From: Hyalangium minutum | Lineage (GTDB): Bacteria > Myxococcota > Myxococcia > Myxococcales > Myxococcaceae | Direction: 5' to 3' | DNA: 64,000 bases | NCBI RefSeq assembly: GCF_000737315.1 | Contig: NZ_JMCB01000014.1 | Location: forward strand, 296,985-360,984 | In this document: positions 1 to 8,970 of the stretch, one piece after another | How positions within the stretch are numbered: position 1 is the first letter of the stretch | How the letters are laid out: the number at the start of each line of letters is the position of its first letter | Notes under the pieces: generated by a model | What the model saw: only the letters and a program-made list of their open reading frames with translations | Databases searched by the model: none | Told to the model about the DNA's origin: nothing | Translations under genes and position numbers: made by a program

Positions 1-789
1 GTGACGCCTCTCGAGGCCGCGCAGGTGCTCTCCGAGGCTCGGTCCGTGCTGGCGCTGACGGGTTCGGGGATCTCGGTCGGTAGTGGCCTGGCCACACGCA
101 AGGAGCTGTGGCAACGCTGGGACCGTGACGCGGCGGTGTCCGTGTTCAGGTTTCGCGAGGACCCTGGCGTGCTCTGGAAGGTGATTGCTGACTTCCTGGG
201 CACGGGACCTCACGCTCCTGCCCCGGGACATCTCGCGCTGGCGGAGTGTCCGAACCTGATCGGCATCGTCACGCAGAACGTGGATGGGCTCCACCAAGCG
301 GCGCACCGCACGGTGCACGGAGAGCAGGTACCGATGCCCTCGGTCATCGAGCTGCATGGCACACTGCTCGAGACCCGGTGCCATACCTGCCACTCCCGAA
401 CCGGCCGGGCCGCCACCTCCTTCCTGGAAGCCCCTCGGGCACATCCGCCCCTCTGTGAGAGCTGCGGCGGCCCGCTGCGGCCGGACGTCGTCCTTTTCGG
501 GGAGAGGGTCTCTTCGGAGCGGATGCTCGAGGCCATCCAGCTCGTTCAGCGATGCGATGTGCTCCTGGTGGTTGGCACGGCCATGGATGTGGCTCCCGCG
601 GCGGACCTTCCTCGGGTCGCTCGCGCGAGAGGGGCGGTTGTGATCGAGCTCAAGCGGACGCCCTCACTTCTGTCACGGAGCCTCGACACGCTGCTCGTGC
701 CGGGAGAGGCGGACGTGGTGCTGCCCGCCCTGATGAGCGCTCTACGCGGTGATAACGCCTCGAAACGCACGCCTCCATCCCACGAGTAG
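1..789 (+). CDS. Sir2/CobB-family NAD-dependent deacylase (begins at window edge, may be 5'-incomplete)
   Basis: TGSGIS NAD-binding loop, TQNVDGLH, ELHG, Zn ribbon CHTC...CESC, RPDVVLFGE, VVGTA motifs. Confidence 0.9.
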   Translation: MTPLEAAQVLSEARSVLALTGSGISVGSGLATRKELWQRWDRDAAVSVFRFREDPGVLWKVIADFLGTGPHAPAPGHLALAECPNLIGIVTQNVDGLHQAAHRTVHGEQVPMPSVIELHGTLLETRCHTCHSRTGRAATSFLEAPRAHPPLCESCGGPLRPDVVLFGERVSSERMLEAIQLVQRCDVLLVVGTAMDVAPAADLPRVARARGAVVIELKRTPSLLSRSLDTLLVPGEADVVLPALMSALRGDNASKRTPPSHE

Positions 790-914
790 CCCACACGAAC
801 CTCCGGCGCTGTCCCTCTCCATGCGCTGAGTCCAACACTGCCCTCGGCCCGAGGCGCACGTGGAACCTCGGGCGCTGCGTGACCAGCCTCGGTGCTGGGC
901 AAGGGGGGCGAATC

Positions 915-2225
915 ATGCGGCAGACCTGGAGAAGGCTCGCGAAGCAGGGGTGGATGCTGGCCGCGATGATGCTCGCGGCCTGTGCCTCCGAGCAGCCTGC
1001 GCCTTCCCTCACCTGGCACCGGGACGTTGCGCCGCTCATGCAGGAGCGGTGTGGAGGCTGCCACGTCGAGGGCGGCATCGCTCCGTTCGCGCTCCAGAGC
1101 CACGCGCAGGTCTTCGAGCGGAGAGCGGAGATCCGCGAGGCCGTGAGCTCGCGCCGCATGCCTCCCTGGCAGCCTGGGCCCGGCTGCGCGGAGTACCTCG
1201 ACGACCTCTCTCTCTCCGAGGAGCAGATCACCCTGATCACCCGCTGGGTAGACGCCGGCGCTCCCGAGGGCAGCGTGCGTGACGCCCGACCCGTTGCGCC
1301 GAGCCCACCGGTGGGACTGTCTCGCGTGGACCTCGAGCTGCGGATGCCCCTCGAGTACACGCCCCAGAAGGCGCCAGATGACTACCGCTGCTTCATCCTC
1401 GACTGGCCCCATGAGCGGGCCCAATACATCACCGGGTTCAACGGCAAGCCCGGCACCCTGGCGGAGATCCACCATCTCATCGCGTACCTGATCCGCCCCG
1501 AGGAGGTGGCCCAGGTGCAGGCCTTGGACAACGCGGAGCCGGGTCCGGGCTACACCTGCTTCGGTGGGCCTGGGGGCAAAGGCGCGCAAGTGTGGCTGGG
1601 AGCCTGGGCGCCCGGAGCCATGGGCGGAGACTACCCCGAGCGGACGGGGCTGGAGATCCAGCCCGGCTCCAAGATCGTCCTTCAGGTCCACTACAACACC
1701 CACAGCGCGGCCCCGAGCCCGGACCGATCCTCGCTGCAGTTCAAGCTGGATGAGCGGGTCGACACCCCCGCGTACATGCTGCTGTGGACCGATGCCTCCT
1801 GGGTCTTGAACAAGACCATGGACATTCCCGCGGGCCAGGCCGATGTCATGCACCGCTGGACGTCCGAGCCCTCCTCGGTGCTGGAGGCCGTGACGCGGGG
1901 GGCGGTGCCCAACGGGGAGCCCCTCACCCTGCACACGGCCGCGCTGCACATGCACACGCTGGGCACGCGCGCGCGGCTGGAGGTGCTCCGCCAGGCGGGA
2001 GGAACGGAGTGCCTGTTGGACATTCCTCGCTGGAACTTCAGTTGGCAGAACAGCTACCGGCTGAGGGAGCCGCGCGAGCTGATGCCTGGAGATCGGCTCA
2101 CCGTCGAGTGCCACTGGGACAACAGCGCTCCAGGCGCGGTGGACACCCACTGGGGCGAAGGCACCCACGACGAGATGTGCCTGGGCATCCTCTATATGAC
2201 ACCCAAGAAGACAACCGTGCGTTGA
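915..2225 (+). CDS. Lipoprotein: PHM/DBH-like copper type II monooxygenase with N-terminal c-type heme motif
   Basis: Lipobox LAAC; CGGCH; HH (IHHLI), VHY, HMH and EMC copper-ligand motifs; ATG 915 chosen within ORF 879-2225. Confidence 0.8.
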   Translation: MRQTWRRLAKQGWMLAAMMLAACASEQPAPSLTWHRDVAPLMQERCGGCHVEGGIAPFALQSHAQVFERRAEIREAVSSRRMPPWQPGPGCAEYLDDLSLSEEQITLITRWVDAGAPEGSVRDARPVAPSPPVGLSRVDLELRMPLEYTPQKAPDDYRCFILDWPHERAQYITGFNGKPGTLAEIHHLIAYLIRPEEVAQVQALDNAEPGPGYTCFGGPGGKGAQVWLGAWAPGAMGGDYPERTGLEIQPGSKIVLQVHYNTHSAAPSPDRSSLQFKLDERVDTPAYMLLWTDASWVLNKTMDIPAGQADVMHRWTSEPSSVLEAVTRGAVPNGEPLTLHTAALHMHTLGTRARLEVLRQAGGTECLLDIPRWNFSWQNSYRLREPRELMPGDRLTVECHWDNSAPGAVDTHWGEGTHDEMCLGILYMTPKKTTVR

Positions 2226-2441
2226 GGTGGGCTCGCTCCACGCACCCCCTCCCCAGACGAGGTGGGCCATTGCAGCTGCCGCTGGAAGTGGTGGCCCAGC
2301 ATCTTCCGCTAGGGCGGCCTTCCTGGCGGCCCGCGTCACGGAGAAAAAATGTGGGGCGACCGATGACTTTTCCCACGGCGAGGAGTCTGAGCTTGAGAAC
2401 CTCATGGGGTGGGCGTGGGCTCACCTGAAAGGAAGCAAGCC

Positions 2442-2861
2442 ATGACGATCCTGACTGCGACTCCCTACCTCATCCTCAACGGCGCCGCCGCGCGCGCCAT
2501 CCCCTTCTATGAGCAGGCGCTGGGAGCCAAGACCACGGCGATGCAGCGCTTCGGCGACGTGAACCAGAGCTGTCCCGAGGCACAGAAGCACCTGGTGATG
2601 CACGCGGAGCTCCGCGTGGGAGAAGCCCGGGTGATGATGAGCGATGGCCCGGGCGAAGGCGCTCTGCCGGTGGGCGGCGCCGTGAGTATCGCGCTGAACT
2701 TCAGTGATGCCGCCCAGCTTCGGCGCTCCTTCGATGCGCTCGCCGCCCAGGGCAAGGTCATCCAGCCGGTCATCGATGCGCCTTGGGGTGACGTGTTCGG
2801 CGTGGTCAGCGATCAGTTCGGCGTGAACTGGATGGTGACCGCACCGATTCCCAAGAGCTGA
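2442..2861 (+). CDS. VOC/PhnB-like glyoxalase family protein
   Basis: PYLILNG-A-AI-FY, VMHAEL, MMSD, WGDVFGVVSDQFGVNWM; ATG 2442 after purine-rich RBS. Confidence 0.88.
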   Translation: MTILTATPYLILNGAAARAIPFYEQALGAKTTAMQRFGDVNQSCPEAQKHLVMHAELRVGEARVMMSDGPGEGALPVGGAVSIALNFSDAAQLRRSFDALAAQGKVIQPVIDAPWGDVFGVVSDQFGVNWMVTAPIPKS

Positions 2862-2907
2862 GTGGAAGCCGCGCTCGACACAGTGAGCGCACTCTCGCCA
2901 GAAGCTC

Positions 2908-2948
2908 GGGCGGCGGGTTCGATTGCCGCCGCTTCCAAGTAGAGCAAC
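2908..2948 (+). other. Degenerate copy of a tmRNA (ssrA) 3' end; att-like scar
   Basis: GGCGGCGGGTTCGATTGCCGCCGCTTCCA resembles the T-arm/acceptor end of tmRNA (GGGTTCGATTCCCGCCGCCTCCA); no 5' half is present. Confidence 0.55.
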
Positions 2949-2962
2949 CCGCCGCTCTCAAG

Positions 2963-2991
2963 GCGCCGCCCTCTAAGAACGGGGGCGGCGC
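2963..2991 (+). terminator. GC-rich hairpin downstream of the ssrA-like fragment
   Basis: GCGCCGCCCTC-TAAGAAC-GGGGGCGGCGC, followed a few bases later by a T run. Confidence 0.5.
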
Positions 2992-2996
2992 TCGCA

Positions 2997-3040
2997 TTTT
3001 TGGGACCCAATCCGGTTTTTGGGACCCCAAAAGGACCAAA
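2997..3040. repeat. Direct repeats TTTTTGGGACCC x2 (possible integrase arm-type sites)
   Basis: Copies at 2997-3008 and 3016-3027, partial GGACCAAA at 3033-3040. Confidence 0.4.
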
Positions 3041-3093
3041 CTGGAGACGGAAACGACATGAGCAAGACGTGGATCGGCAAGTGGAAGCGTATG

Positions 3094-3558
3094 CGTATAG
3101 GCGGGATAGAGGCCATGTGGAGGGTGAGGGCTGGAGCGGAGGTGCCCTGGAGGACCGCTGACGGGGGCCGCCCGAGCAGTGAGCCAAGCGGGTGGAGAAG
3201 CCGCGCAGCCCCTTCGAGTACACGCCGGCCCTGGCCGCCCTCCCATGAGGTGCGCGGCAGGGGCTTGGTTCTCTTGGCCCTGGCGGCTTGAGCCTCAACA
3301 CCCCGCGGCCTGAGGGGGCTCGCGCGCTGGGGCCAGCCTCACACCTGCCGTGGGCAGGCCCAGGTGCTCCAGAATCGCTCGCACTCCTCCCGCCTCGTTC
3401 ACGTACGCCAGCACTCGCCGTCTACCTCCACACCTCACGCAGGCGAACACCTCGAAGTCGAACGTCCTGCTGAGCAACTCGGCCCAGTCTACTCGCGGCC
3501 TCTTCTCCATCAGCGGCTCCTTGCTGGCCGCTGCCTGAGGCGAAGCCAGAGTCGCCAT
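3094..3558 (-). mobile_element. IS91/ISCR-like (Y2 transposase) right-end remnant: transposase C-terminus plus oriIS-like end
   Basis: ORF 3295-3558 PRVDWAELLSRTFDFEVFACVRCGGRRRVLAY...ILEHLGLP matches the C-terminal Zn-ribbon end of this transposase family; CTATCCCGCCTATACG on the minus strand at about 3094-3109 resembles an oriIS terminus. Confidence 0.7.
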
Positions 3559-3830
3559 TCACCTCTGACACGTCACACCGCCGATGATGCGGGCGCTGCC
3601 ACCTCTACAACGCCGGTGATCAGGCGGCCGCCGTCCCCTACGGACGGAGGTGGACGTCCGGCTCCCTCCCCGAAAACAGCCCCAGTGCGCCTCCCTGGAG
3701 GGCATCTCCCTGCGCGCCAATACACACCTGCCTGCCAAGACAGGCAGGGACTGGGATGAGGCTGACGTTCCGCACTGCGAGCCGCTGCATGCGGGACACG
3801 CTCCCGTCGGTTCCTGCTAAGGGGTTCTCC

Positions 3831-4940
3831 ATGGCGCAGAAAGAAAAAACTCCGCAACCTGAGCGGTCCCACACGGACGAAAGCCTGCGCTCGGAGCGGG
3901 AGCACTCCGACCGTGAATACAGTAAGACGCAGAGTGCGACTGAAGAAGCGTCAGACGCCTCTGTCCAGACGGCCCGGGGAATGGCTGATCAGCTTTCCCA
4001 AGAGGCCCGCGACATCGCGGATGTGAAGCTGGCGCGGAGCAAGGCGTCCCCAGAAGCACGTGAGAGCGTTGACCGAGAGCGGGCACACGAGGATGCAGCC
4101 TTGCAGGGGGAGCGTGAGGCTTCTGACGCGGAAATGGAGGCCGAGCGCGTGGAGGGCAAGCGCGCGTTGGCTGCCCTCCTCTGCCTGGAACGAAAGGAAA
4201 CGGATACGCGCCTCCTCTTGGAGCGGGCGCGCTCCGATGAAGGGCTTGCGACGCGGGATGATTTCCTGGGGATGGTCAGCCACGACGCGCGCACGCTTCT
4301 TGCGGGGATCGCTTTGCAGGCGACCCTTCTCAAGCGGAACGTCGCTGAAGATGAGGCGGGCAGGAGGACCGTACAAGGCCTCGAGAAGATCGAGCGCTTC
4401 ACGGCGCGGTTGAACCGGCTGCTCGGAGACTTGATGGATGTGGCCAGTATCGAGGCGGGCAAGCTCCTCGTCGTCCCAGTATTGCAGGATGCAACCGCGC
4501 TTGTGCGGGAGTCAGCCGAGGCGTTCCACCCTCTGGCCACTGCCCAGGGCCTCTCTCTCTCCGTGGAGATCCGCGGGAAGGATTTGAAGGCGAAATTTGA
4601 CCATGAGCGTGTCCTTCAGGTCCTCGCCAACCTGTTGAGCAATGCCATCAAGTTTACCAAGCCAGGAGGCAGGATTTCGATCCGATTGGAGTCTTTGGGC
4701 CACGAGGTTCACTGCTCTGTAACGGACACCGGCGCGGGAATCCCGAGCCATCAACTCGACGCCGTATTCGAGCGTTTCTGGCAAGCCCAAAGCAGGGATC
4801 GGCGAGGGATGGGGCTCGGCCTCTACATCTCCAAGTGCATTGTGGAAGCTCACGGTGGGCGTATCTGGGCCGAGAGTCAGCCGGGCGTGGGCAGCACCTT
4901 CACGTTCACTCTTCAGGGTGCCCCTACCGAGTCGCGGTAG
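3831..4940 (+). CDS. Sensor-less histidine kinase (coiled-coil N-terminus, HisKA, HATPase_c)
   Basis: H-box RDDFLGMVSHD, N-box NLLSNAIKF, DTGAGI, GMGLGL; ERxxTD/SD heptads; ATG 3831. Confidence 0.9.
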   Translation: MAQKEKTPQPERSHTDESLRSEREHSDREYSKTQSATEEASDASVQTARGMADQLSQEARDIADVKLARSKASPEARESVDRERAHEDAALQGEREASDAEMEAERVEGKRALAALLCLERKETDTRLLLERARSDEGLATRDDFLGMVSHDARTLLAGIALQATLLKRNVAEDEAGRRTVQGLEKIERFTARLNRLLGDLMDVASIEAGKLLVVPVLQDATALVRESAEAFHPLATAQGLSLSVEIRGKDLKAKFDHERVLQVLANLLSNAIKFTKPGGRISIRLESLGHEVHCSVTDTGAGIPSHQLDAVFERFWQAQSRDRRGMGLGLYISKCIVEAHGGRIWAESQPGVGSTFTFTLQGAPTESR

Positions 4941-5096
4941 AGCCCTCCGGCTGAGAGAAGAGGATGGCGAGAGGTGTCTGGAGGAGAGCATCCCATCGAG
5001 CGCCGGTCGGCTGCTCACTGCTGGCCAGGCCCCCCGACTTGAGGTGCCCGGAGCCTGTGCGCGTGTTCCTGGGTATTGGCACCTTATTTTCCCAGG

Positions 5097-7169
5097 ATGA
5101 CGACGATGCTGCCCAAGCTCCCAAGACCCAAGCCGGAACGCCAACAGACCGACCGAAGCCTGTACGTCGAGCGTCAAAAGACCGACCAGGAGTTTGGCAG
5201 GCGGGAGGCGTCCATCGTGAAGGACGCGGATGCAGGCGTCCGGGAGGCTCGTGGGCGTGCCGACGAAGCGCTCGACGAGGCGCGGGAGCAGGCGGACGGA
5301 ACGCTGGAGGGGGGTTCTTCGTGGGAACACCTTCGAGCGCTCGGGCAGGAGCGTACCCAGCAGGCTGCCGCCCTTCATCAGGAGCGGCTCACCGTCGATG
5401 AGAAGTTGCTCAGCGAGCGTCAAGAACGGATGCAGGCGCTGGTGAATCTCTTTCTGCGTGAGCGTCAGCAGACGGACGAACGGCTACTGACTGAACTCGG
5501 ACGTGCCGATGCCACCCTGACGGCAAGGGATGACTTCATGGGAATGGTCTTCATGCAGCTGCCCATGCCCATCTGCCTGACGCGGGGGAGCGACCATGTC
5601 TTTGAGCTGGCCAATCCTTCGTACCTGCGGCTGGTGGGCAAGAGGGAGCTGGCGGGCCAGAGCATTCGCAGGGCGCTCCCTGAGCTGGAAGGACAGCCAT
5701 TCTTCGAGCTGATGGACCGCGTCTTCGCCTCAGGAGAGGCCTTTCACGGAAACGAGATGCCCGCTCGGCTCCATATGGGTGAAGGCGAGCTGACGGAGGA
5801 GCGCTTCTTCAACTTCGTCTACCAGCCGCTTCTCGGGCTCGACGGAAAGGTGGATGGCATCGTCACCTTCGCGTTCGAGGTGACAGAGCAGATTCGGGCG
5901 AGACAGAAACTACAGGAGGCCGAACGCCGTGCGCGATTCCTGGGGGAGGCCAGTGCGTTGCTGGGTGCCTCGCTGGAGCTCACCCTCACGCTCAACCGCC
6001 TGGCAAGCCTGGCGCTCCCGAGTCTCGCGGACTTCTGTGTCGTGGACGTGGCCGATGACGAACGACGGATCACTCGCGCAGCGACTGCTCATATTGACGC
6101 GGTCAAGGAGAACCTCCTGCGGGAGCTGGACCGTCGTCAGCCCATGACGTGGGACTCGTCACACCCCGTCCCTCGGGTCTTTCGCACAGGGCAGTCCGAG
6201 TTCCTGCCTGAGACGACTCACGAGGCAATTGCCGCACGACCCCAGGATGCGGAGCACGCCACGCTCATGCGGCAGCTCGGTGTCCGCTCGTACATGGCGG
6301 TGCCCATGCTCGCACGAGGAAGGACCATTGGAGTGCTCAGCTTTGGATTGACGGAGCCGGGGCGGAGGTACACGACTGATGATCTGCTTCTTGCCCAGGA
6401 GCTTGCCGAGCGGGCCGCCCATGCGGTGGACAATGCCCGGCTCTACAGCGAGGCGCAGCAGGCCATCCGCATTCGGGATGAGTTTCTCTCCATTGCCAGT
6501 CACGAACTGAGGACGCCGCTGACTCCCATCCAGCTTCACCTTCAGAGCCTGACCCAGGACGCACGCGAGGAGCGGACGGACAAGTTGGACTCCTCGAAGC
6601 TGAGGCGGAAGCTCGAGACCCTTGGCCGACAGGTCCACCGGCTCAAGTTGCTTGTCTATGGCTTGCTCGATGTTTCCCGGCTCAGTGGCCATGACTTCAA
6701 ACTGGAGATCGAGCGGGTGGACCTCTTGGAGCTCATCTCCGAGGTGACAGCACGATTCCGAGCCGAAGCGGAGCAGACGAAGACACCGCTGGAGGTGAAT
6801 GTGCCCGCCTCGCTGATAGGGGAGTGGGACAGAATTCGCGTGGATCAGATCATGACGAACCTGGTCAGCAATGCCCTGAAGTTCGGCAAAGGGAAGCCGG
6901 TGACGGTCTCCGCCACGAGCGACGGCGAGTCGGCCCTCATCCAGGTTCGGGACCTGGGGATCGGCATCGCCCCGGAGGACCAGGAGCGCATCTTTCAGCG
7001 CTTCGAGCGGGCGGTGCCCACCCGCCATTTCGGAGGCTTTGGGCTCGGGCTGTGGATCGTGCGTCAGATTGTGGAAGCCCTCGGGGGCACCATCTGCGTG
7101 GAGAGCGAGCTGGGGAGGGGCGCCACGTTTACCGTCGAACTTCCGCTTCAGGCGAGGAGGGCCCGTTGA
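5097..7169 (+). CDS. PAS-GAF histidine kinase
   Basis: PAS (FELANPSY...ERFFNFVYQP), GAF (SYMAVPMLARGRTIG...DNARLY), H-box SHELRTPL, NLVSNALKF, DLGIGI, GFGLGL. Confidence 0.93.
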   Translation: MTTMLPKLPRPKPERQQTDRSLYVERQKTDQEFGRREASIVKDADAGVREARGRADEALDEAREQADGTLEGGSSWEHLRALGQERTQQAAALHQERLTVDEKLLSERQERMQALVNLFLRERQQTDERLLTELGRADATLTARDDFMGMVFMQLPMPICLTRGSDHVFELANPSYLRLVGKRELAGQSIRRALPELEGQPFFELMDRVFASGEAFHGNEMPARLHMGEGELTEERFFNFVYQPLLGLDGKVDGIVTFAFEVTEQIRARQKLQEAERRARFLGEASALLGASLELTLTLNRLASLALPSLADFCVVDVADDERRITRAATAHIDAVKENLLRELDRRQPMTWDSSHPVPRVFRTGQSEFLPETTHEAIAARPQDAEHATLMRQLGVRSYMAVPMLARGRTIGVLSFGLTEPGRRYTTDDLLLAQELAERAAHAVDNARLYSEAQQAIRIRDEFLSIASHELRTPLTPIQLHLQSLTQDAREERTDKLDSSKLRRKLETLGRQVHRLKLLVYGLLDVSRLSGHDFKLEIERVDLLELISEVTARFRAEAEQTKTPLEVNVPASLIGEWDRIRVDQIMTNLVSNALKFGKGKPVTVSATSDGESALIQVRDLGIGIAPEDQERIFQRFERAVPTRHFGGFGLGLWIVRQIVEALGGTICVESELGRGATFTVELPLQARRAR

Positions 7170-7201
7170 TGGAGACGATCCTCCACTCTATTCACGAGGG
7201 C

Positions 7202-8395
7202 TCACTGGGGGGTCACCTTCCACAGCTGCCCCGAGACATTGCCTGTCTTGGCGAGGATGGGGATGTTGTTGGCCTTGCCGTCATTGACGATTTCCAGCGA
7301 CATGCCATCGCCCTGCGCCTGGGTCGTCAGCCGGTAGGTGCCGTTGGCCTCCGGAGTCAGCTTCCATCGCTGCTCCGGAACAGCCGCCGAGTTGACGAGG
7401 AGGGGGCGATTGCCGGCGGTGTTGGCCAGGGACAGGCTGGTCCCACGCCACTGGGTCGTCAGTCGGTAGAAGCCGTTGGCCTCCGGAGTCAGCTTCCACA
7501 TCTGTCCCCAGACATTGCGTGTCTTGGCGAGGATGGGCACGTTGTTGGCCTTGCCGTCATAGAAGATGTCCAGCGACATGCCATCGCCCTGCGCCTGGGT
7601 CGTCAGCCGGTAGTAGCAGCGGGCATCGAAGGCGGCGGACACCGGCGGCGGGGTGGGTGTCGTGGGCGGGGTGGGTGTCGTGGGCGTGGGCACCTGCCAC
7701 ACCTGCTGGAGCAGCGCGAGCATGCCCGGGTCGTGCTTGCCCAGCTCTTCATGTGTGAAGGGATAGAAGTCGTTGCGGCCGAAGAGCGCCTCCGAGTTCT
7801 CCGCGAAGAACTCCCACTCGTCGTTCATGGCATAGGCACGCTGGAACGTGTTGGGCACCCCGGGCCCACGCCAGCGCTCCACGCAGTCGTAGCTCTTGCT
7901 TGCAACCGCGCGCGCATAGGCAGCCGCGAGGCCGGCGTGCTCGCCGAGCACCTGGTCGTGATAGGCGTGGCTGAGCTCGTGGAGCACGAACAGGGGCATC
8001 CGCTTGGATTCCTTCTCGAAGATGAAGACGTTCGAGAACTCGATGCTCTTCACCATCGCCCGGGTGCGACCATTCTGGATCATCCAGTCCTCGGCAGCAT
8101 GGTACCGAGCCACCGGCTCCTCGTTGGGATAGGGCGGCGACAGCCACAGCGTCACCTTGCGGAGCTGAGCCACGGGGCCCGCAGGGACGATCCGGACGAT
8201 CTCCTTGAGCTGCGCCGCCAGGATCACCAGGGCCTTGTCCGTCACGGGCTTGTTCGCCGCTGTCAGCAGGCGGTCATCGATGCGAACCGTCCAGCCCTCG
8301 AGGGTCTGGGTCTGGTAGGTGGGAACGGGGCTGGCCGCGGAGGCGACGCAAGCGAATGCCAGGGCGGCCAGGAGGAGCCATTTGGGAGAGTGCAT
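7202..8395 (-). CDS. Secreted zinc metallopeptidase (HExxH...EFFAE) with Pro/Thr linker and C-terminal ricin-B beta-trefoil
   Basis: Signal peptide, HELSHAYH, WEFFAE, PTPTTPTPP linker, three QxW-type repeats. Confidence 0.8.
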   Translation of the reverse strand: MHSPKWLLLAALAFACVASAASPVPTYQTQTLEGWTVRIDDRLLTAANKPVTDKALVILAAQLKEIVRIVPAGPVAQLRKVTLWLSPPYPNEEPVARYHAAEDWMIQNGRTRAMVKSIEFSNVFIFEKESKRMPLFVLHELSHAYHDQVLGEHAGLAAAYARAVASKSYDCVERWRGPGVPNTFQRAYAMNDEWEFFAENSEALFGRNDFYPFTHEELGKHDPGMLALLQQVWQVPTPTTPTPPTTPTPPPVSAAFDARCYYRLTTQAQGDGMSLDIFYDGKANNVPILAKTRNVWGQMWKLTPEANGFYRLTTQWRGTSLSLANTAGNRPLLVNSAAVPEQRWKLTPEANGTYRLTTQAQGDGMSLEIVNDGKANNIPILAKTGNVSGQLWKVTPQ

Positions 8396-8472
8396 GCCTC
8401 ATCCTAATCCCAACCAAGCGCGTCCGTGGCCGAAGGTGGGGCCCCCTCTGATCCCACGGAGCGCCGTCAAGC

Positions 8473-8514
8473 CCGCCGCCTCCAAGGCGAGCAACACCTC
8501 ACGCAGGCGAACAC
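8473..8514. mobile_element. Second ssrA-end-like scar fused to a 21-bp piece of the IS91-like transposase
   Basis: 8473-8495 is 20/23 identical to 2926-2948; 8494-8514 is identical to 3430-3450. Confidence 0.55.
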
Positions 8515-8598
8515 GTTGAGCCTCGTCATCGGCGTGTGACGTAGGGAGCTGGAGGCCTGCCGCCCCCGGGCACGGCCTTCTTCACCTCAGAGTATGTC

Positions 8599-8630
8599 TT
8601 GACACGCATATACTCCATCGGGCATATACC
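8599..8630 (+). promoter_or_regulatory. Sigma70-like promoter overlapped by a GCATATAC direct repeat (probable ArsR operator; near-leaderless mRNA)
   Basis: TTGACA at 8599; GCATATAC at 8606 and 8622; GTG start at 8635. Confidence 0.5.
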
Positions 8631-8634
8631 GCTT

Positions 8635-8970
8635 GTGGAATCTGCCTTCGACATCATCGCCGAGCCAAACCGCCGGGCGATCCTGAGCCTGCTGGCCTCC
8701 TCGGAGAGGTCCGTGGGGGAGATTGAACAGCAGCTCCAGATGCCCCAGCCGTCGGTCTCCAAGCACCTGCGCGTGTTGCGCGAGGCGGGCTTCGTCGAGG
8801 CGCGCGTCGACGCGCAGCGCCGCGTCTACCGGATCCGGCCCGAGCCCCTCATGGAGGTGGACGCCTGGCTGGTTCCCTTCCGGCGCTTCTGGTCCGCCCA
8901 CGTCGATGCACTCGAACGCCACCTGGATCGCATGGATCAGTTGCCGCCCAAGAAAGGGAAGAAGCGATGA
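8635..8970 (+). CDS. ArsR/SmtB family transcriptional regulator
   Basis: AFDIIAEPNRRAIL...VSKHLRVLREAGFV...QRRVY. Confidence 0.92.
   Translation: MESAFDIIAEPNRRAILSLLASSERSVGEIEQQLQMPQPSVSKHLRVLREAGFVEARVDAQRRVYRIRPEPLMEVDAWLVPFRRFWSAHVDALERHLDRMDQLPPKKGKKR

Noticed and set aside
2908-2937. Functional tRNA or tmRNA gene
   Set aside because: Only a T-arm/acceptor-like 3' piece with mismatches; no D-arm, anticodon arm or 5' strand
2997-3093. Tyrosine integrase C-terminal remnant (minus-strand YTHTLPLADPRLAHVVS...)
   Set aside because: No catalytic R-H-R-H-Y context is visible, and the apparent Tyr overlaps the IS end; too short to call
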